From the NCBI GenBank assembly GCA_965644295.1, contig CBFFRP010000263.1, positions 62,001 to 126,000 on the forward strand: 64,000 bases of DNA. Reading direction: 5' to 3'. The translations under genes and the position numbers were made by a program. Shown here one piece after another: positions 37,014 through 51,119 of the stretch. Position 1 is the first letter of the stretch. Every line of letters begins with the position of its first letter. The notes beneath the pieces are model-generated. The model ran no database searches. It saw only the letters and a program-made list of their open reading frames with translations, and was not told the origin of the DNA. The stretch comes from Paraphysomonas bandaiensis. Lineage: Eukaryota > Protista > Chrysophyceae.

Positions 37014-40000
37014 ATGATATCTCCCTGTGACTTAAACGAGTCCTTCGAGTACTCTGTTTCTTCTCAGGGAGTAGATAATAGAGTCACCGAAACATGTTTT
37101 GAACGTCTAGTAAGAGGCAATGGAGGAGTACAGAGTCAGGATATTAAACTATCTAATTGTGACTGTAATGATGAGGACGAGGCCTGTGTCTTTACTCAGG
37201 TTGATGACACCAAATTAACATCCTTAAGCATGAAAGATGTGGACAGCATGGTACCTGTGCATCAGGTGGATATTGGCGAATCTGGAAGCAGCGTCCAGGC
37301 ATGCGTCGCATCAATATTTTCTCTTGGTATCAACGACCTTGTACAAAACGGAGGCTTGGTTCCGAGATTTTGTGAGCCAGAACAGCAATTGGAAGGAATT
37401 ATGAGGGAATGGTTAATGGCTACCAAATATCATTTTGTTATCTCTTACAGAGAAAACTCTACTCCCTTACCTTCTGTCAAACCGGGTTCCTTGTGCCTTG
37501 TATACGGCAAAAGTGCCTTGTCTTCTTTGCATTGTTATGTTGGTGTTGTGTTTGGGAAAGATGTGCGCATTGTACACGACCCTTGTGCACTCCCTGGAAG
37601 CAATATTGAAAGAGATGTTTCAGTGACAGAGATTCAATGGGTAGGATATTTTATTGAGGACAACAGTAGCTTGGATGATATGAGTCATACCTCTGCTAAG
37701 TGCAATACGAATGATAATGCCAGTGCTACTAATAGCGGTATTGGCCAGCATGACGGGTGTGTAGATGTCTGTACCCAAGAAGCTGATAAAGTGGAGTGGG
37801 CTGAAACAGTAGTGGACTTCCAGGAGGATGAGTTGTCCCCTTCAAGTCCTCCAACCCAGTCTGATAATCTGCCGCTTGAGAGTACTTCAGGAAATCAGGA
37901 GTCACGTAGTCTAGAAAAAAATAGCTCTCCAGGCCCCGAGAGTGCCTACGACGTTCGTCCTGATGAATCAGCTTCACATTCCCGTACATATCCACCACGT
38001 GCTCGTGGGTTGCTTCTTGGCTTTTCCCAATCGCAGGCACAGTCAGAGCAACCGAATGGTGATTTGAAAGCACAATTGACGATTTGCACTGATGAAACAA
38101 ATCATATTCGAGATAATAGTCTATCTGCATGCAGCTATCCAGATCATTCACAGACTCTGATGAAACTACAACTCGGTTTTTCTCAGACCCAACCTATGGA
38201 CACTGCTGTGGATGCAGAGCAAGGTACCGAACCTCGTGCAAGCCTTACAGATGGTGAACATAGTACGAATCCTACACATAATGTACCATACTCTGGTGCA
38301 AAGTCTCTGCAGCTTGGATTTTCACAAACGCCCCATACTGATCACCCCTCAGCACTCTCTTCGTGCAATATGAAGCCTCCAACTGGACCTCCGGCAAGAT
38401 GTGTTCAGCTGGGCTTTTCTCCCTCTCAAGCTGAAGGGGAAGGGAAAATGCCTCGTGTAGCTGTAGATGGAGAAGAAGTGGACGATAGGGACGACGTTGT
38501 GTATCTATCTGAACTGACTGCAAACACATGTTCAGCCTCGCTTTCACATCCAAGCAGTGTGGTTAGTCAGCTGCAGCATACAACTCTGTGCTTTAGCGGC
38601 GTATCGCAGCACTGCGAGGAAGAGAGTCGTTTATCTACTCACAGTCAAACCACCGGGGCGGCAGCCCCTCCAGCACTCACAGACGCTCGGAAAACAATAA
38701 GTGCCGATGTTTCCTATCGACCCTGCAGCGACGATAAAGACTCCCTCCCACCACTTTCCGACTCTGCAGACAGGACATGCGGTGACTGGATGGAATATGA
38801 AACTAATTGTTCAGAGTCAATGCCAGCCGCCAAATTACCTCAGGAGAGTAGATGTAGTGACTCTTCAGATGGATGGATAACCTCAAAGAGTGCACAACGG
38901 TCCTCCGTTCATGCAACTGCGAAAGAACTATCTCCCAATCAATTTGCTCCAACGGAAGAGGAGCCAGGGAATGACGACCCGAAACCGGCAAACATACCTT
39001 TCACTGAGGATTATGCGGGGGCATCGAGAGGTTGCGATGATTTATCTATAATCCCGCGAGAGGAAGATGTGGAGGTTCGTGCCATGGTTAAGCGTATAGC
39101 GGCCATGGAGCAGCAACTGCGTACAAGGGAAGCATACTTGGACGAGAAAGAGAAGCGGTTATCGGCACTTGAGGAACAAGTATTGGCCAAGCTCGACTGT
39201 GAACACTCTCTCAAACCTATTGAACATGCTTCCGTCCGTCCTGCAAATGAGACTCGAAGTAATGCTGAAGAAGCATCGCTGACGAAAGATAATCCTACTC
39301 TGGTGTCTATTGATGTCAAGGACAGGCGCAATGAGAAAACCACAGTTCAGTGCGAGTATTCTGCTGATGATTGCATGCCGGTCAGAAGTGACGGCGGAAG
39401 TAACTCACTGTCCCAAGGAGGTGCCCTTGCAGTGGATGGCCTTCTTCAGCTTACAAAAGGTGAAGGAAAGAAGCTTTGTAGCTTCTATGAACAAGAGCCT
39501 GTTCCACCCCAGAATACCAAAATGTTCCAGTGGTCAACCTTAGCTCGACCGCAATGCAACAGAACGGACTCAGGGAGCAATATGACACCAATGAAGCGCA
39601 GTCGACTCACTCGGAAAATGCCAGGAAACCGTCTGCTTGCCGTAGAAGGGGGCGACTCGGCCAACACCAGTCCCGTAAATGTTAACCGCGCTAGGCCACA
39701 TATTGATTCCACGTCCCTAGGAGAACAAAACAATGTAGACTGCTTTGAGTTCGATGGCTCCGAAAGTCCTGATGGTAACGGAGTAGGTGTTGACAAGTCG
39801 CCTACAAATGGCGGGGTAGCAATATCCGGTGAAAAAGCGAAGAAGTCATCTTCATCTCCAATATGTAATGTTCAGATGAATACCAATGACGAGGTTGGCG
39901 AAGAATGCGAGTGGGACTCACAGAAAGGCCCCTCGCCAACGAAAGGTATCTCCAAGGCCGTCTCAGCCGAGCGAGTTAAGCTGTGTGAAGACTCTTCTAA

Positions 40001-43000
40001 ATCAGATACAGGAGTATCGTTATTGGATATCCCGTCCTCTCTCTCGTCGGCCTGTGATATAAAATGCATGTCGTGGAAGTCTCTGTGGAAGGAACTAGAA
40101 TCTGTGGGCTGGTTTTGGCAACGTGGCCGTGGTCTAATCGATTTTGTTTACTGCCGCCCAGGCTGTAGGTATTTCTATGGAAGCGGAAAGCATGTTAACG
40201 ACAGTGTCACTGAGGGTAAGCACTGTTTCATGAGTCAGGATGATGTTACCAAATACCTGTTGAAACATGCAATAACTGATGCTAAGTTTGATAATGAGAA
40301 GAAAAAGAATGGTGATGGCGATGAGGCTGGAACACTTGTTGTGCCCGGGGAAAGTACAGTCTCCTCGAATACTGTTACCGGTGCTGATGATAAAAATTTA
40401 GATAGTGACAATCATGCTGCGACCCTAAAGTCACAGGAAGTTCCGTCAGATGGAGATGGCAAGGTGGCAGGTCAATCAGACGAAAACTGGCGGCAACAGG
40501 TTAACAGTATGTCTTGGGCGGAGCTTTGGTTGCATCTCTCTAATGAAGGATGGACATGGAACCACGGGTCGGGATTGGTTACCACATGGTACATGAAGCC
40601 GGGAATAGAGAAGCACAGCAAGGGAGTTGTGGGCGTGAGTGTGTTCACTAGTCAGGAAGAAGTTAGGGCTGAAGTGAGGCGCAGTATTTCATGTGACAGT
40701 TCTCCAGATCGACTGCCACGAGATGATAAGCACGAGTTAATCGAAGGTGGTGAAGTTGAATCATGGGAATTAGCCAGACATCGAGGGAAAAGGAAACTGC
40801 GCCCCAAACCTCCGTTGGAGGCATCTCCTTGTGGGTCATCAAAAGCGGGCGATAAATGCACGGGTAGCGCACAGCCATCGAGTTCGAGCAGCAACAAGAA
40901 GAGAGCAATCAGGAGTGCACGTGTGAAGAGATCCACTGGCAGAAGTAGGAAACGACAAGCGGTCGCTGCCCCTGAAGAGTCAACGCAGCAGCAGGTGCGG
41001 CTCAATGTATGTTACTCTTTTATGTTTATATTTTCCAGGTCACGTACGAGATACAATCCAATGATTGTAGTAGTACTAGCGAAAGTGAGAGCGAAAGCGG
41101 TAGTAGCGAAAGGGGTGCGTTTTTGGGGATTGCATGCAGGAGATATCGTGGGATAAGAGGAAAAGAAGCGACTGCGACTTTGGAGTGCGAGCAGAAACAG
41201 CTGATAAGTCGTATATCAGGGAAGAAATTCCGATATGATGAGGATAGTAGTAGCCACTGTGGCGGGGACAGCGAAGTGGAAGAAGTAACGGAAGAGCACA
41301 ACGGTCTGTTTCCACGGAGAGGAAGAAATGGGTGCAGACGCCCACCGCAGTTTCATGGTAGAAGTTTTAACCATGGCGGAGGTGTTGGACAGAGCGACCT
41401 AAGAGGTGTTCGGTTGACATCTCCGTCCTCGTGTAAGGTAGACCGCCCAACGAAAGACGCCACCTGTACACCGTCTTCTGGGAGCAATGCCCACAACATG
41501 GACAATGTAGTGCTGGAATCTACACCCGTTGGGACGATTGAGTGTATGCGGCCTGCACTCTTCAGAGTATCTCCTTCCCCTCCCCGGTCACTATATGGCT
41601 GTACCGCTCCTGTATATTCTACGTCCTCTACTAAAGTTCGTGCAGCCCGGTACTCTCCTTCTTATTGCTCCAAAATTTTCCGTGGCGTTAAATTTTTCTT
41701 CACTGGCTTGGATGAAACGTACACACCAGACAGGTAGAACAAATGTATCAATGAAGTTACGCTGACGAATATATAGGGCCGAACTTGAAGCCATTATCAA
41801 GAACCATGGCGGATGTGTGATAGACTTTGATATGATGATTAAAATAATTGGCAAGGTAGAAGATAGTTTAAAGAACAAAGTCGTCGTGCTAGCATCTCCC
41901 ACAGGGTTTCGTAGACCCAATTATCTTGTGGCACTAGCAGCTGGTTAGTAAAGTTTTGCATGCACTTCCTTTTTGATTTAGTGGGTGAGTAGGTATTGTA
42001 CATGTGCATCCGCAGTGGGTTGTGGATTCTGTAGATTCTGATTCATCTGTTGATCCTCTTCCAGTTGAGCACTACCTCCTGCCTTCAGGTGCATCTGTAC
42101 ACCATCCATACTTTGTATTCCGCAAGCAGGTATGCACATAGGTTGACGTAATGTTGTGTTTTATCTTTTACTCAGGTCCCACCTGGAGGAGTACTGAAGC
42201 AGAGACGGGTTCTACCCTTTACCAGCCCTGCATGGACTAAGATTCTTGAGTCAGCGGGCGCCTTACTCTGCGACAGCACTGACGAGTTTTTGAAGGACTG
42301 TCGCGCTCGACTTATGCGTCAGCGAGACACTGTCCAAGTCCGTGCCATGCTTCCCATGCCAGATATCATCGTCGTAGATTCGTTTTCCTACGCAGAGGAC
42401 ACTTTGACATCCGCACAGCTAGATTTGATAAGACAATGCAATTTCATTCTTAACTCGCGGAACAACTCTCGGCGAGAAAGGGTCCCACAGGTATTGCAGT
42501 TCTTTGACTTCGATTGCTTTCATGTGGGTTCATTGTGTCAGATTGTCAGCACTGACTGGGTGGCTCACTGTCTTGAGATTGGGGAGCTACTAGACGAGAC
42601 AAGCCATGACGTATTCACCATTCCAAGCAATCCTGTGCAACGTCCGGTTGTTTTCAAAGGCAAGTCGGGTGAGCGTTATGTGGTTGGTGACGCTGTCTAT
42701 TACGAATCGAACGCCGGGCGAATAGACGATCTATCATGGAGGTGCCATGATGCCCACACCATAGCCCGTAGCGGAAAGCGCTTGTTGGTGGGGTTAGTGG
42801 TATCTTTCTTTCGTAAAGGGAGGGGAGATACAGTACAAGTTAAGATCCGGCCACTTAGAGTACGTTGTAGGGAATGCTGTTGTCATATGCCAAGGAGAAA
42901 AGGTGAGAATCACAGTTACGAATTGTCTCTTGATGACGGCATACCGGAGTGTATTCTTTCGGCTGACAAGCTCCGTCATCACCCCGCCATACTCTCCCAC

Positions 43001-43159
43001 GATGCTTATAACCAAGTGGCATACGCATCCCGCGATGGGGCGGTATACTACTCCGCAAGAGAGTGGGAAAGTAGTGAAAGACACTTCTCTGAAGGCTGTT
43101 GTCAACGTGAAATCTACCATACACAGGAGATTATGGTTCAACATTCACAAGATTATTAG
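37014..43159 (+). CDS. Large protein with SQ/TQ-rich region, two Trp-rich repeats, tandem BRCT and C-terminal BAH-like domain (multi-exon; start uncertain)
   Basis: BRCT1: IFRGVKFFFTG..IIKNHGG..RRPNYLVALAAG..VHPQWV. BRCT2: WTKILESAGA..VSTDWVAHCL. BAH-like: YVVGDAVYY..VGLVVSF..VKIRPL. Repeated LGFSQ(S/T)Q. Confidence 0.72.
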
Positions 43160-43795
43160 TTGATAGGATATAGATTATTATGTGATAAGAACTAAAAATG
43201 AATAGCTGTTTCTTACATAATTTTGTTGAAATATATTCTCACACTGAGAGTTGTTACGTGAGATAAGAATAGTTAACATAGACCGCAATTTGTGTAAAGT
43301 ACCGAAGGTGCAAGTGTGTAGCAGTAAAAGATGTAATACGTTGGCTAAGCACTAAGTATAATATTTCAGAAGCACATGAAAGGGAATAAGAAATAAGTAA
43401 TGGTGTGAGAAAATTGGTGCATACAAGAGACAAGAATATAGATGCCATAGCATCTTGAATATTGCTGAGAGTACACTTTACACTGAAGTGGCCGTTTATT
43501 ATTCAACATCTTTGTGTTAAACTTACTTATCTAGTCTAGCCACTTGAATTTCATAGCGACCTTGCATTCTACTGTAGCTCATACAAGCACAATCTAATAT
43601 ATATAGCAATGTTGAATTTAGAGAACAGAGTGGCGGGATAACCAACGGAACAAAACAAACTCGCGAAGGAGCGACTACCAGGGCAGCCAGACTTTTACTT
43701 TTCGGATTGATCAATCACACTCTAGGTCATAGTACCAGTAGAAACATATAGCAATTTACAGAGTTCAAAATGAACATAACACGAACATATCAGCG

Positions 43796-46596
43796 CTACG
43801 AAACAGTGGGGTATATAATCATATCTGTATAATCCGTTGCTGACACATTATATCTACCGAAATATTGATTCTTCTTGCTGTCATGATACACCAAGTTAAG
43901 ATCATTTCTATTAATGTCATGAAAGTGCAAATTTACATGCTTCTCAGTAGCATTTGAAAATATTCCCGCCCAGTATGAGAAAGTGGACCTGTCCTCTATA
44001 AGTTTATTGGCAGTGATTAACAAGATGAAATCATCAATCCCAGATCCCGACTTTACTACAGACGCCGACTCGAACGTTTGCAACAGCCAATTCAGGATTG
44101 CTTTGCTCTTCCCAGGGCAATCTGGAGGCTTAACAATATAGAGATTATCCCATTTTGTGCCATTTAATATCGTCTCAATATATTTCTCACCTGATATGAT
44201 AAGCATTACATATTACAAAAATAAATCATTAACTAAACTTACCTAAAACGCCATAATGGCTACTCGCGCACCTCATGTGCAAAACTATATTCGTAGAATT
44301 GAACACTATCCTCGGGTTAAATACAAATGAAGAACTGTCTGCTAAGGGTGGCCACATCTTCCTCGCAGTATCTATACACGTCCCCTTAGATTGAAAGTAT
44401 CCCAATGTTATCATGCAACGGACACTACCCTCGGGGTCAAGAAAACTGGCTAATTTGTCATTGAATTCAAGCTTGTCGTTTCCCTTACGGGAACGAATAT
44501 CCACAGGGCGTTTGGAGTAAGTGAAGTTGTTCTCCCGGCAGAGCTCTCGCGCAGGATGGTCGGAAGGAAGTGAATCCCATAGAAACACAGGATCAGCCAC
44601 AAGCTCATTCCATTGTGATCCGGTGTCGGTATTTGGGGCTAAATGTCCAACACTCATGGTACTCATGTACATCGGTATGTGTAGATGCTCAGCCAAACGC
44701 TGTGCAAAGTAATGCTGAAACAGCTGGTTTCCGAAACCATTGTGGCCCAAGCTTACAATTACTTTACTATTGCGGGATGTAGTATTGTAGATACTATTGA
44801 AATAATGACTGCGACGATAGATCTGCGATGAAGTGTCGGGAGTAGAGTTCCTGTACACGTCATCGTACCACAGGTTGTACTCTCCACATGGCATGATTGG
44901 GCATCTACTAACGATTCTATAGTCCATCTCCTCTTGGCATAATGGACCACCATGTGAAAACAAAATGTCAGCAAAGTTTCTTTTCGGGAGGGGATTAGTT
45001 GTGGTATTGTTGCTGAGCATATGAACCATGTTTAGAGAGGTTCTATTTCTGTGCATCGTAATATTTTGGCGGTGATACACAGGATGAGTAGAGAACATTA
45101 CTTTGCTGGTACGATGGTTGTATTCACCAAAATAACTCTTTTCTGAGTGATATACATATGACGGGTCATACTTGTTTATGTCATGGTACGGCAAATAGAC
45201 ATGTTTCTCCGAAGCATTCGAGAAAATACCCGCCCAGTAAGAGTAAGTGGATCGGTCCTCAATGAGCTTGTTTGCCGACATAAGTAAAACAAAATCGTTG
45301 AATCCCGTAGCATTACGATCGTCCACTACCTCTGCGTTAGAATAGGTAGCTAAAATCCAACGGAGCAACATTTTATTTGCACCCAGGCATTTGGAGGGCT
45401 TGACTACAAATAGACGATCCCAGCGTGTACCATTGAGAATGGTTCCAATATAGTGAACAGCTACAACCAAACCAACAGTTAGGAAAAAACAATATTAGTT
45501 GAAAAAACAATATTAGTTGAAAAAACTCACATGGGCTTCCGTAATGACTCTGTTCACATCGGAGATGCATGACCATATCTGTTGGCTCAAATAAAATTCT
45601 CGGGGAATATTGACCACCAGCTAGGGATGGCCACATCTTCCTCGCAGTATCTATACACGTCCCCTTAGATTGAAAGTATCCCAATGTTATCATGCAACGG
45701 ACACTACCCTCGGGGTCAAGAAAACTGGCTAATTTGTCATTGAATTCAAGCTTGTCGTTTCCCTTACGGGAACGAATATCCACAGGGCGTTTGGAGTAAG
45801 TGAAGTTGTTCTCCCGGCAGAGCTCTCGCGCAGGATGGTCGGAAGGAAGTGAATCCCATAGAAACACAGGATCAGCCACAAGCTCATTCCATTGTGATCC
45901 GGTGTCGGTATTTGGGGCTAAATGTCCAACACTCATGGTACTCATGTACATCGGTATGTGTAGATGCTCAGCCAAACGCTGTGCAAAGTAATGCTGAAAC
46001 AGCTGGTTTCCGAAACCATTGTGGCCCAAGCTTACAATTACTTTACTATTGCGGGATGTAGTATTGTAGATACTATTGAAATAATGACTGCGACGATAGA
46101 TCTGCGATGAAGTGTCGGGAGTAGAGTTCCTGTACACGTCATCGTACCACAGGTTGTACTCTCCACATGGCATGATTGGGCATCTACTAACGATTCTATA
46201 GTCCATCTCCTCTTGGCATAACGGGCCACCATGCTCAATAAGTAGCTCTGAAATAGAACCTGACGAGAAAATCACTTTATTTTTAGTTGTATTGAGGCCA
46301 TTAGCGATGTTACTGTGCTCATGTCTTAACGGGTGCTGTGAGTGATGTGTTCGTCCATTATGTATGCTATTAGGCTGTAGCTCTCTATGCACATCAGATA
46401 CTGTTCGTAAAGAATGTTGGTGTATTCGATGAGGTCTCAGTGGAGGTATACGAGTAGTGGAGAGTGAAATAGGGGATAGAGGCAGATATATAGACAGAGA
46501 TGAGAGCCACTCCACATGACACATATGAAACACGCACTGGACGGTCACTATCACACATACGACCAGCACACATATGCGAGAGGGAGACATCCGCAT
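43796..46596 (-). CDS. Type II membrane protein with two tandem GT11 (alpha-1,2-fucosyltransferase)-like domains; exons 46596-45531, 45460-44243, 44190-43796
   Basis: N-terminal TM. Each domain has GFGNQLFQ, GYFQ, H(L/M)RC and ST(Y/F)SYWAG. Both introns splice in frame. Confidence 0.72.
44349..46221. repeat. Direct repeat: 44349-44942 matches 45628-46221 (~594 bp)
   Basis: Identical translations in several frames at offset 1279; no differences seen by eye. Confidence 0.93.
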
Positions 46597-47096
46597 ACTG
46601 TTGAAATATGTGGCTGATTGATTGTTCAGATGGATACGAACAAGCCAGCAGAGCGACTGCCTGCTGCTCCCATATACAGCTACACGTACAGCAGACGGTA
46701 CTTGATATGGCTGTATGGTATATCAGTGGAGCGGTATACATACACAGAGATAGGAACGTAAGCTGTATACTCACATATACAGAGCAGTATACAGCTGGTT
46801 AACAACTGATATACAGCAGAATACCACCCCATACACCTACACATACATATACAGCAGTACATATACATATTCATACGGTAGATGCATAGCTAGATCCATG
46901 TCGATGTCGTCTCCAGCATATGACTATGCAGCAACGCATTTCTCCATAGTTAAGTTCATACTGCTTATACTCAGACAATGAGTGGTATTCAATACACATT
47001 CATCCCTTTCCCCACTGCCTTATAGGGCGGTTACTTCCCTCTAAACCCTCATTGTCTGACACCCTATCGACCATCTAACCTCTTTATAATCCTACA

Positions 47097-50000
47097 ATGA
47101 GCCTAGACGAAGTAGTGGGCATATACTCAGATACATCCTTTGATCCTGAAGTAGCTGCTCGGATATTTTTCTCTGATCATTCTGAGAGTGAAGTGAGCAA
47201 GAAATTAAATGAGCTCGCTAATTTACAGGTACGTGAGCTCTGTCCTCTACCGGACATAGCCGTTTACGGCTATATGTGTATATAGAACCAAATCGAGATT
47301 GTATTAAGACAAAAAGTTCGTGAGAATTATGGCCTGTTCATGCATGCCAACAATGAAATACATCGTGTTGGAGTTGAGATGGCTGATTTGCGACATCTAT
47401 TAGATATCACAAAGAAAATGCTTTTGGTGGGTACACTACAAGCGTCTCTGTGTAGTAGACCTAACGTATTGTGCCCACTTTACAGGAAGTCCGAAGCCTC
47501 CAACCATCCGCCGATTCACGGCCTTTACGAAGCCCAGAGAAGCGGCAGATCAACTCTGGGTCGCCGGCTAAAGTTGAGCGGAAGCATACCGCGCCATACA
47601 CCCAGAACGGTTGGTTTCTGTTTAGACAATATCTTTAGCTTATGTTGCTATGTAGTTTCGGACAATATTCCAGCATGGGTCCGGGGTGCGCCTGCTGAAG
47701 TAGATAGGTAACAATCTATTAGTCAATTGATTTGAGTAATGAAGTACGTGTGCTAGGCTGATCGTTGAACAGCAATACCAGCAGGCAGTGGGCATCATAA
47801 AGCGTACTTTTGTGTTTCTTGACAGTGTCAAGGATATCGGCCTTGATGATAGGCCTGGAGAAGAGAGCATCCAGGATAAGATGCGTAGGCGGAGTGTTCA
47901 TCTAGCAGAAGTACTAAGAGATTCTTTATCTAAATTACCGAACAGCGAGGTGATGAGCATGTCCTTTTCAAATTTCCAATATGTGGTAATTGTGACATTG
48001 CAGTTGTGGGGTGTGGCGGAGCAGACGAAGCGTTTGCAATTGCTGGTAACCCTTGGCCACTCTGACATTGCAGCGCAAGGCTTTTCGACAAGTAGGAAAG
48101 ATGTTATTCGGAAGGCACTCCGGTATGTGGAAGCCTCAGGAGATGCCGAAGCCTTCACAGCGGAGCTAAGCAGGGTGTTCTTTATGCACCTGAGAGAAGC
48201 TTGCAAGAGCTTCATTGACCTTTTTGCACAAAATGTAACCAATCCGTCTCAGCCTGTGCGACCTGCTGGTAAATATTCGAATAATGCTAAGCATGGAGCC
48301 TTTTTTGCGACTGAGGACTTTGAAGCTGTGGCAGCGGAAAGCAAGCTCACAACATCCGCCCCTGGTGTCGATGGTGAATACAGTCCCCGCCCCCAAGCCC
48401 AATTTGATGATGAGGACGATGACGGTTGGGGAGAGATTTCGCCAGCGGCATTGGAAACGTCTCGAGTGGGGTCAATGAACGCTAACGAGAAAGACATGGC
48501 GTCGCTGTCATATCTTATTGGGTGGATTCAAGAACAAATGGCTGTGTTCGTAACTGCCCTCGCGAGACAGGTGCTTCGTTTGAATTTAGCTAGGATGGTT
48601 TTTAAGTGTGATATATGCAGATTCATATGGGCGCGGGAGAATATATGGCGAAAGTGTTCGAGCAACAGGTCTATATATTGCGCGATCACCACCAGCGACA
48701 GCTGGATTTCCCCCAAAGCCGCCGGGAGAGCTTAACTAAAGGCGAGGTGAGTGGACGTATGTTGTTATCTCTGCGGAATCTATTGTAATGTATTCTTCTA
48801 TTAGACCTCTCCCTCACGTAGTAGCAAGCGATTCAGTCGCAAGTCTCTCTCTTCCTCTCTTGAAGATAGCCTTCTGGACACCTCCCCATCCTCACAGCCA
48901 AGTAAACGACGATCTGTGACTAGGAATAGCATCTCTCAGGGAATGTGGAGTTCATCTACTCGAGCCAGTATAAGTTCTCCCGTCAATACCGTTAGAGGGC
49001 GGCTAGCTTCCATATCAGCTGGACGGGTATTAGTCCTTCCTCTAATTCCTTTCCTTTAATTGGTGTTCTGTGTGTAGGATGTGCCGTCGTACTTCACAGC
49101 CACGGTAATGGGCCCCCTTACTTTTGCAGCCAGATGTCTTCAGGTACATGTCTACCTGTATACACCATTCTTTATACACTTTCGTATGATGTGTTTGATT
49201 TCTCCTAATTGGCAGGTTGCATACCGAGAGTCTGTAGTACTAGATCAATTAGGACTTCAAGGAGGAGCATCCCTTGGCTGGCACATCGTCCCAGAAATAA
49301 AAACGATTATAAGTAATTTTGCTGATGAGATTATCCGAGAGATGGAAGGTGAGGTTGCCCGTGATGATTGGGCGCAGGTGAAATGCCCACAACCAGAGGT
49401 AAGCAAGGGTTTGTTGGCTCGGTGGTACATTGTTACCGTACGGCCTAACTGCACTTAGGTGAAACTTCCTGGTAAAGTAGGAGTAGTCAAATCACCTGAA
49501 AAGAAAACCGAACACTCTACTCCGAAGAAAGGAGGTAGATATCCTTGCTTTGGCGATGGTTTTGTGGGTGATAGGCTGTTTTTGGACTAGGACTATCTGG
49601 ACTTTTTGGTGGCGTTTCTGTGGAAGACGAAGGAGAGGCGTTGGATGCAGAGGAGAGCACAATCGAGGTTGACGCTTATACAAGTGCGTCATACGACTGG
49701 GTCGTGGCACTAATGACCTACTTTATAGGTAGATGTGCGCAACTACTTTGTACCACTAGTGAAGGGTATACGCAGGTGAGGTGTGGTCACTGCTACAAGT
49801 AGACACCGATAGCAAACGAGGAGATACAGGGGCTGACATGAGCCCTTTTCAGTCGAAATCTTTATCCTCTGAAGTGGTGGATACTCACTCAGTCGGTGCA
49901 GTATTACATCGCACTGACTCCCTTGGTACCAAATCACGAGATCAACCTGCATATTCTAGAATAGATCTATGCGAGGTACCCTTGAGTGTAGCTCTCACTG

Positions 50001-50411
50001 ATATATATTTATGTTCCTTATATTGTAGTTGGATCCCGAGGCTGTGGCGTGCCTACTGAGAATACTTGTGCGTTATGTGCGTGCTATGGTTTCAGTTGAC
50101 ACCAGTGTGTTCTCATTTGATCAGCGGGATTGTTTTCAGCAGACAGTTGAGGTGTGTTTCCTCTCAAATTTGTACATCGTAGAATCTTATTGTATGTCGA
50201 AAATATGACAGGAGATAAAAGTGTCGCTTCTTCCTAGTGTGGAAGATGTAATTTCACGAGGTTTCTTCTCCGATGGCAGTACTCTTGTCATGAATCCCCC
50301 CAAAGTAAGAGTGTATATTTAATTAAGTTTGTACCTCCTTACGTTTTTTCTATATAGACTGTGTTTAGTACACTTCGGAAAAATGTCGACCTCCTTAAAC
50401 GACGCGGATAA
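47097..50411 (+). CDS. EXO84: Exocyst component Exo84/EXOC8-like (Vps51-type N-terminus; many exons)
   Basis: SFDPE..F, LRQKVRENYGLFMHANNEI..EMADLRHLL, PAWVRGAPAEVDRLIVEQQYQQAV, LVTLG..A..F..R..I, ELSRVFF, LDQLGL. Confidence 0.75.
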
Positions 50412-51119
50412 GGATAACGTCAGTATTTTTAGTTATACATAGTATCATTGCAGTATTGAGTTGCATGGATTCATCTCATTCGGACTACTTATTGTTTTTA
50501 TATGTTGATATTACTGTTGCTTTGGTCCAGCCATATGCCTGGTCGTTCGAACAAGTAAAACTGGGATGCAATGTTTCTTGTTGCATCAAATTTGCATACC
50601 ATGTGGAGTTGTGTCAGCTTTATAAGAATAATTAATGAGCGGATACCTCTAAGTTCGTAGTGCGCAATAGGTGATGGAGGTCAAGCCAATACCTAGTTGA
50701 CATAAAAGTGTAAATTTAGTTTAATATATATAATTCTTACTTGTAAGTACATTGTGTTCAACAAAGCAAGGTTAAGTTTAGAGTAATTTAAACTTCAGTA
50801 AAAGATCCAATTCTAACCGTTTTTTACGCATCAGTCGCAGCCTCTCTGGCATAAACTGACAGTTGAAGTAGCTGAATTGCTAACATAATTTAGTATTAAA
50901 TAATTGCAATAATAGAAATTGAAACAGCAAGTAGTAATTGCAATTATAATTGCCTACAATCTGCGTCAATTAATTGACAATTCATTAATATATTGAAAGT
51001 CTTATTATTAGCAATATGCGTTAAAAACCTGCACCAACTTAGTAGCAAGATGAATGCTAGACAAACGAGTTAGACCTCTACCTGTAACTAATCAGTACAC
51101 ACTTTTTTCTATCCTACTA

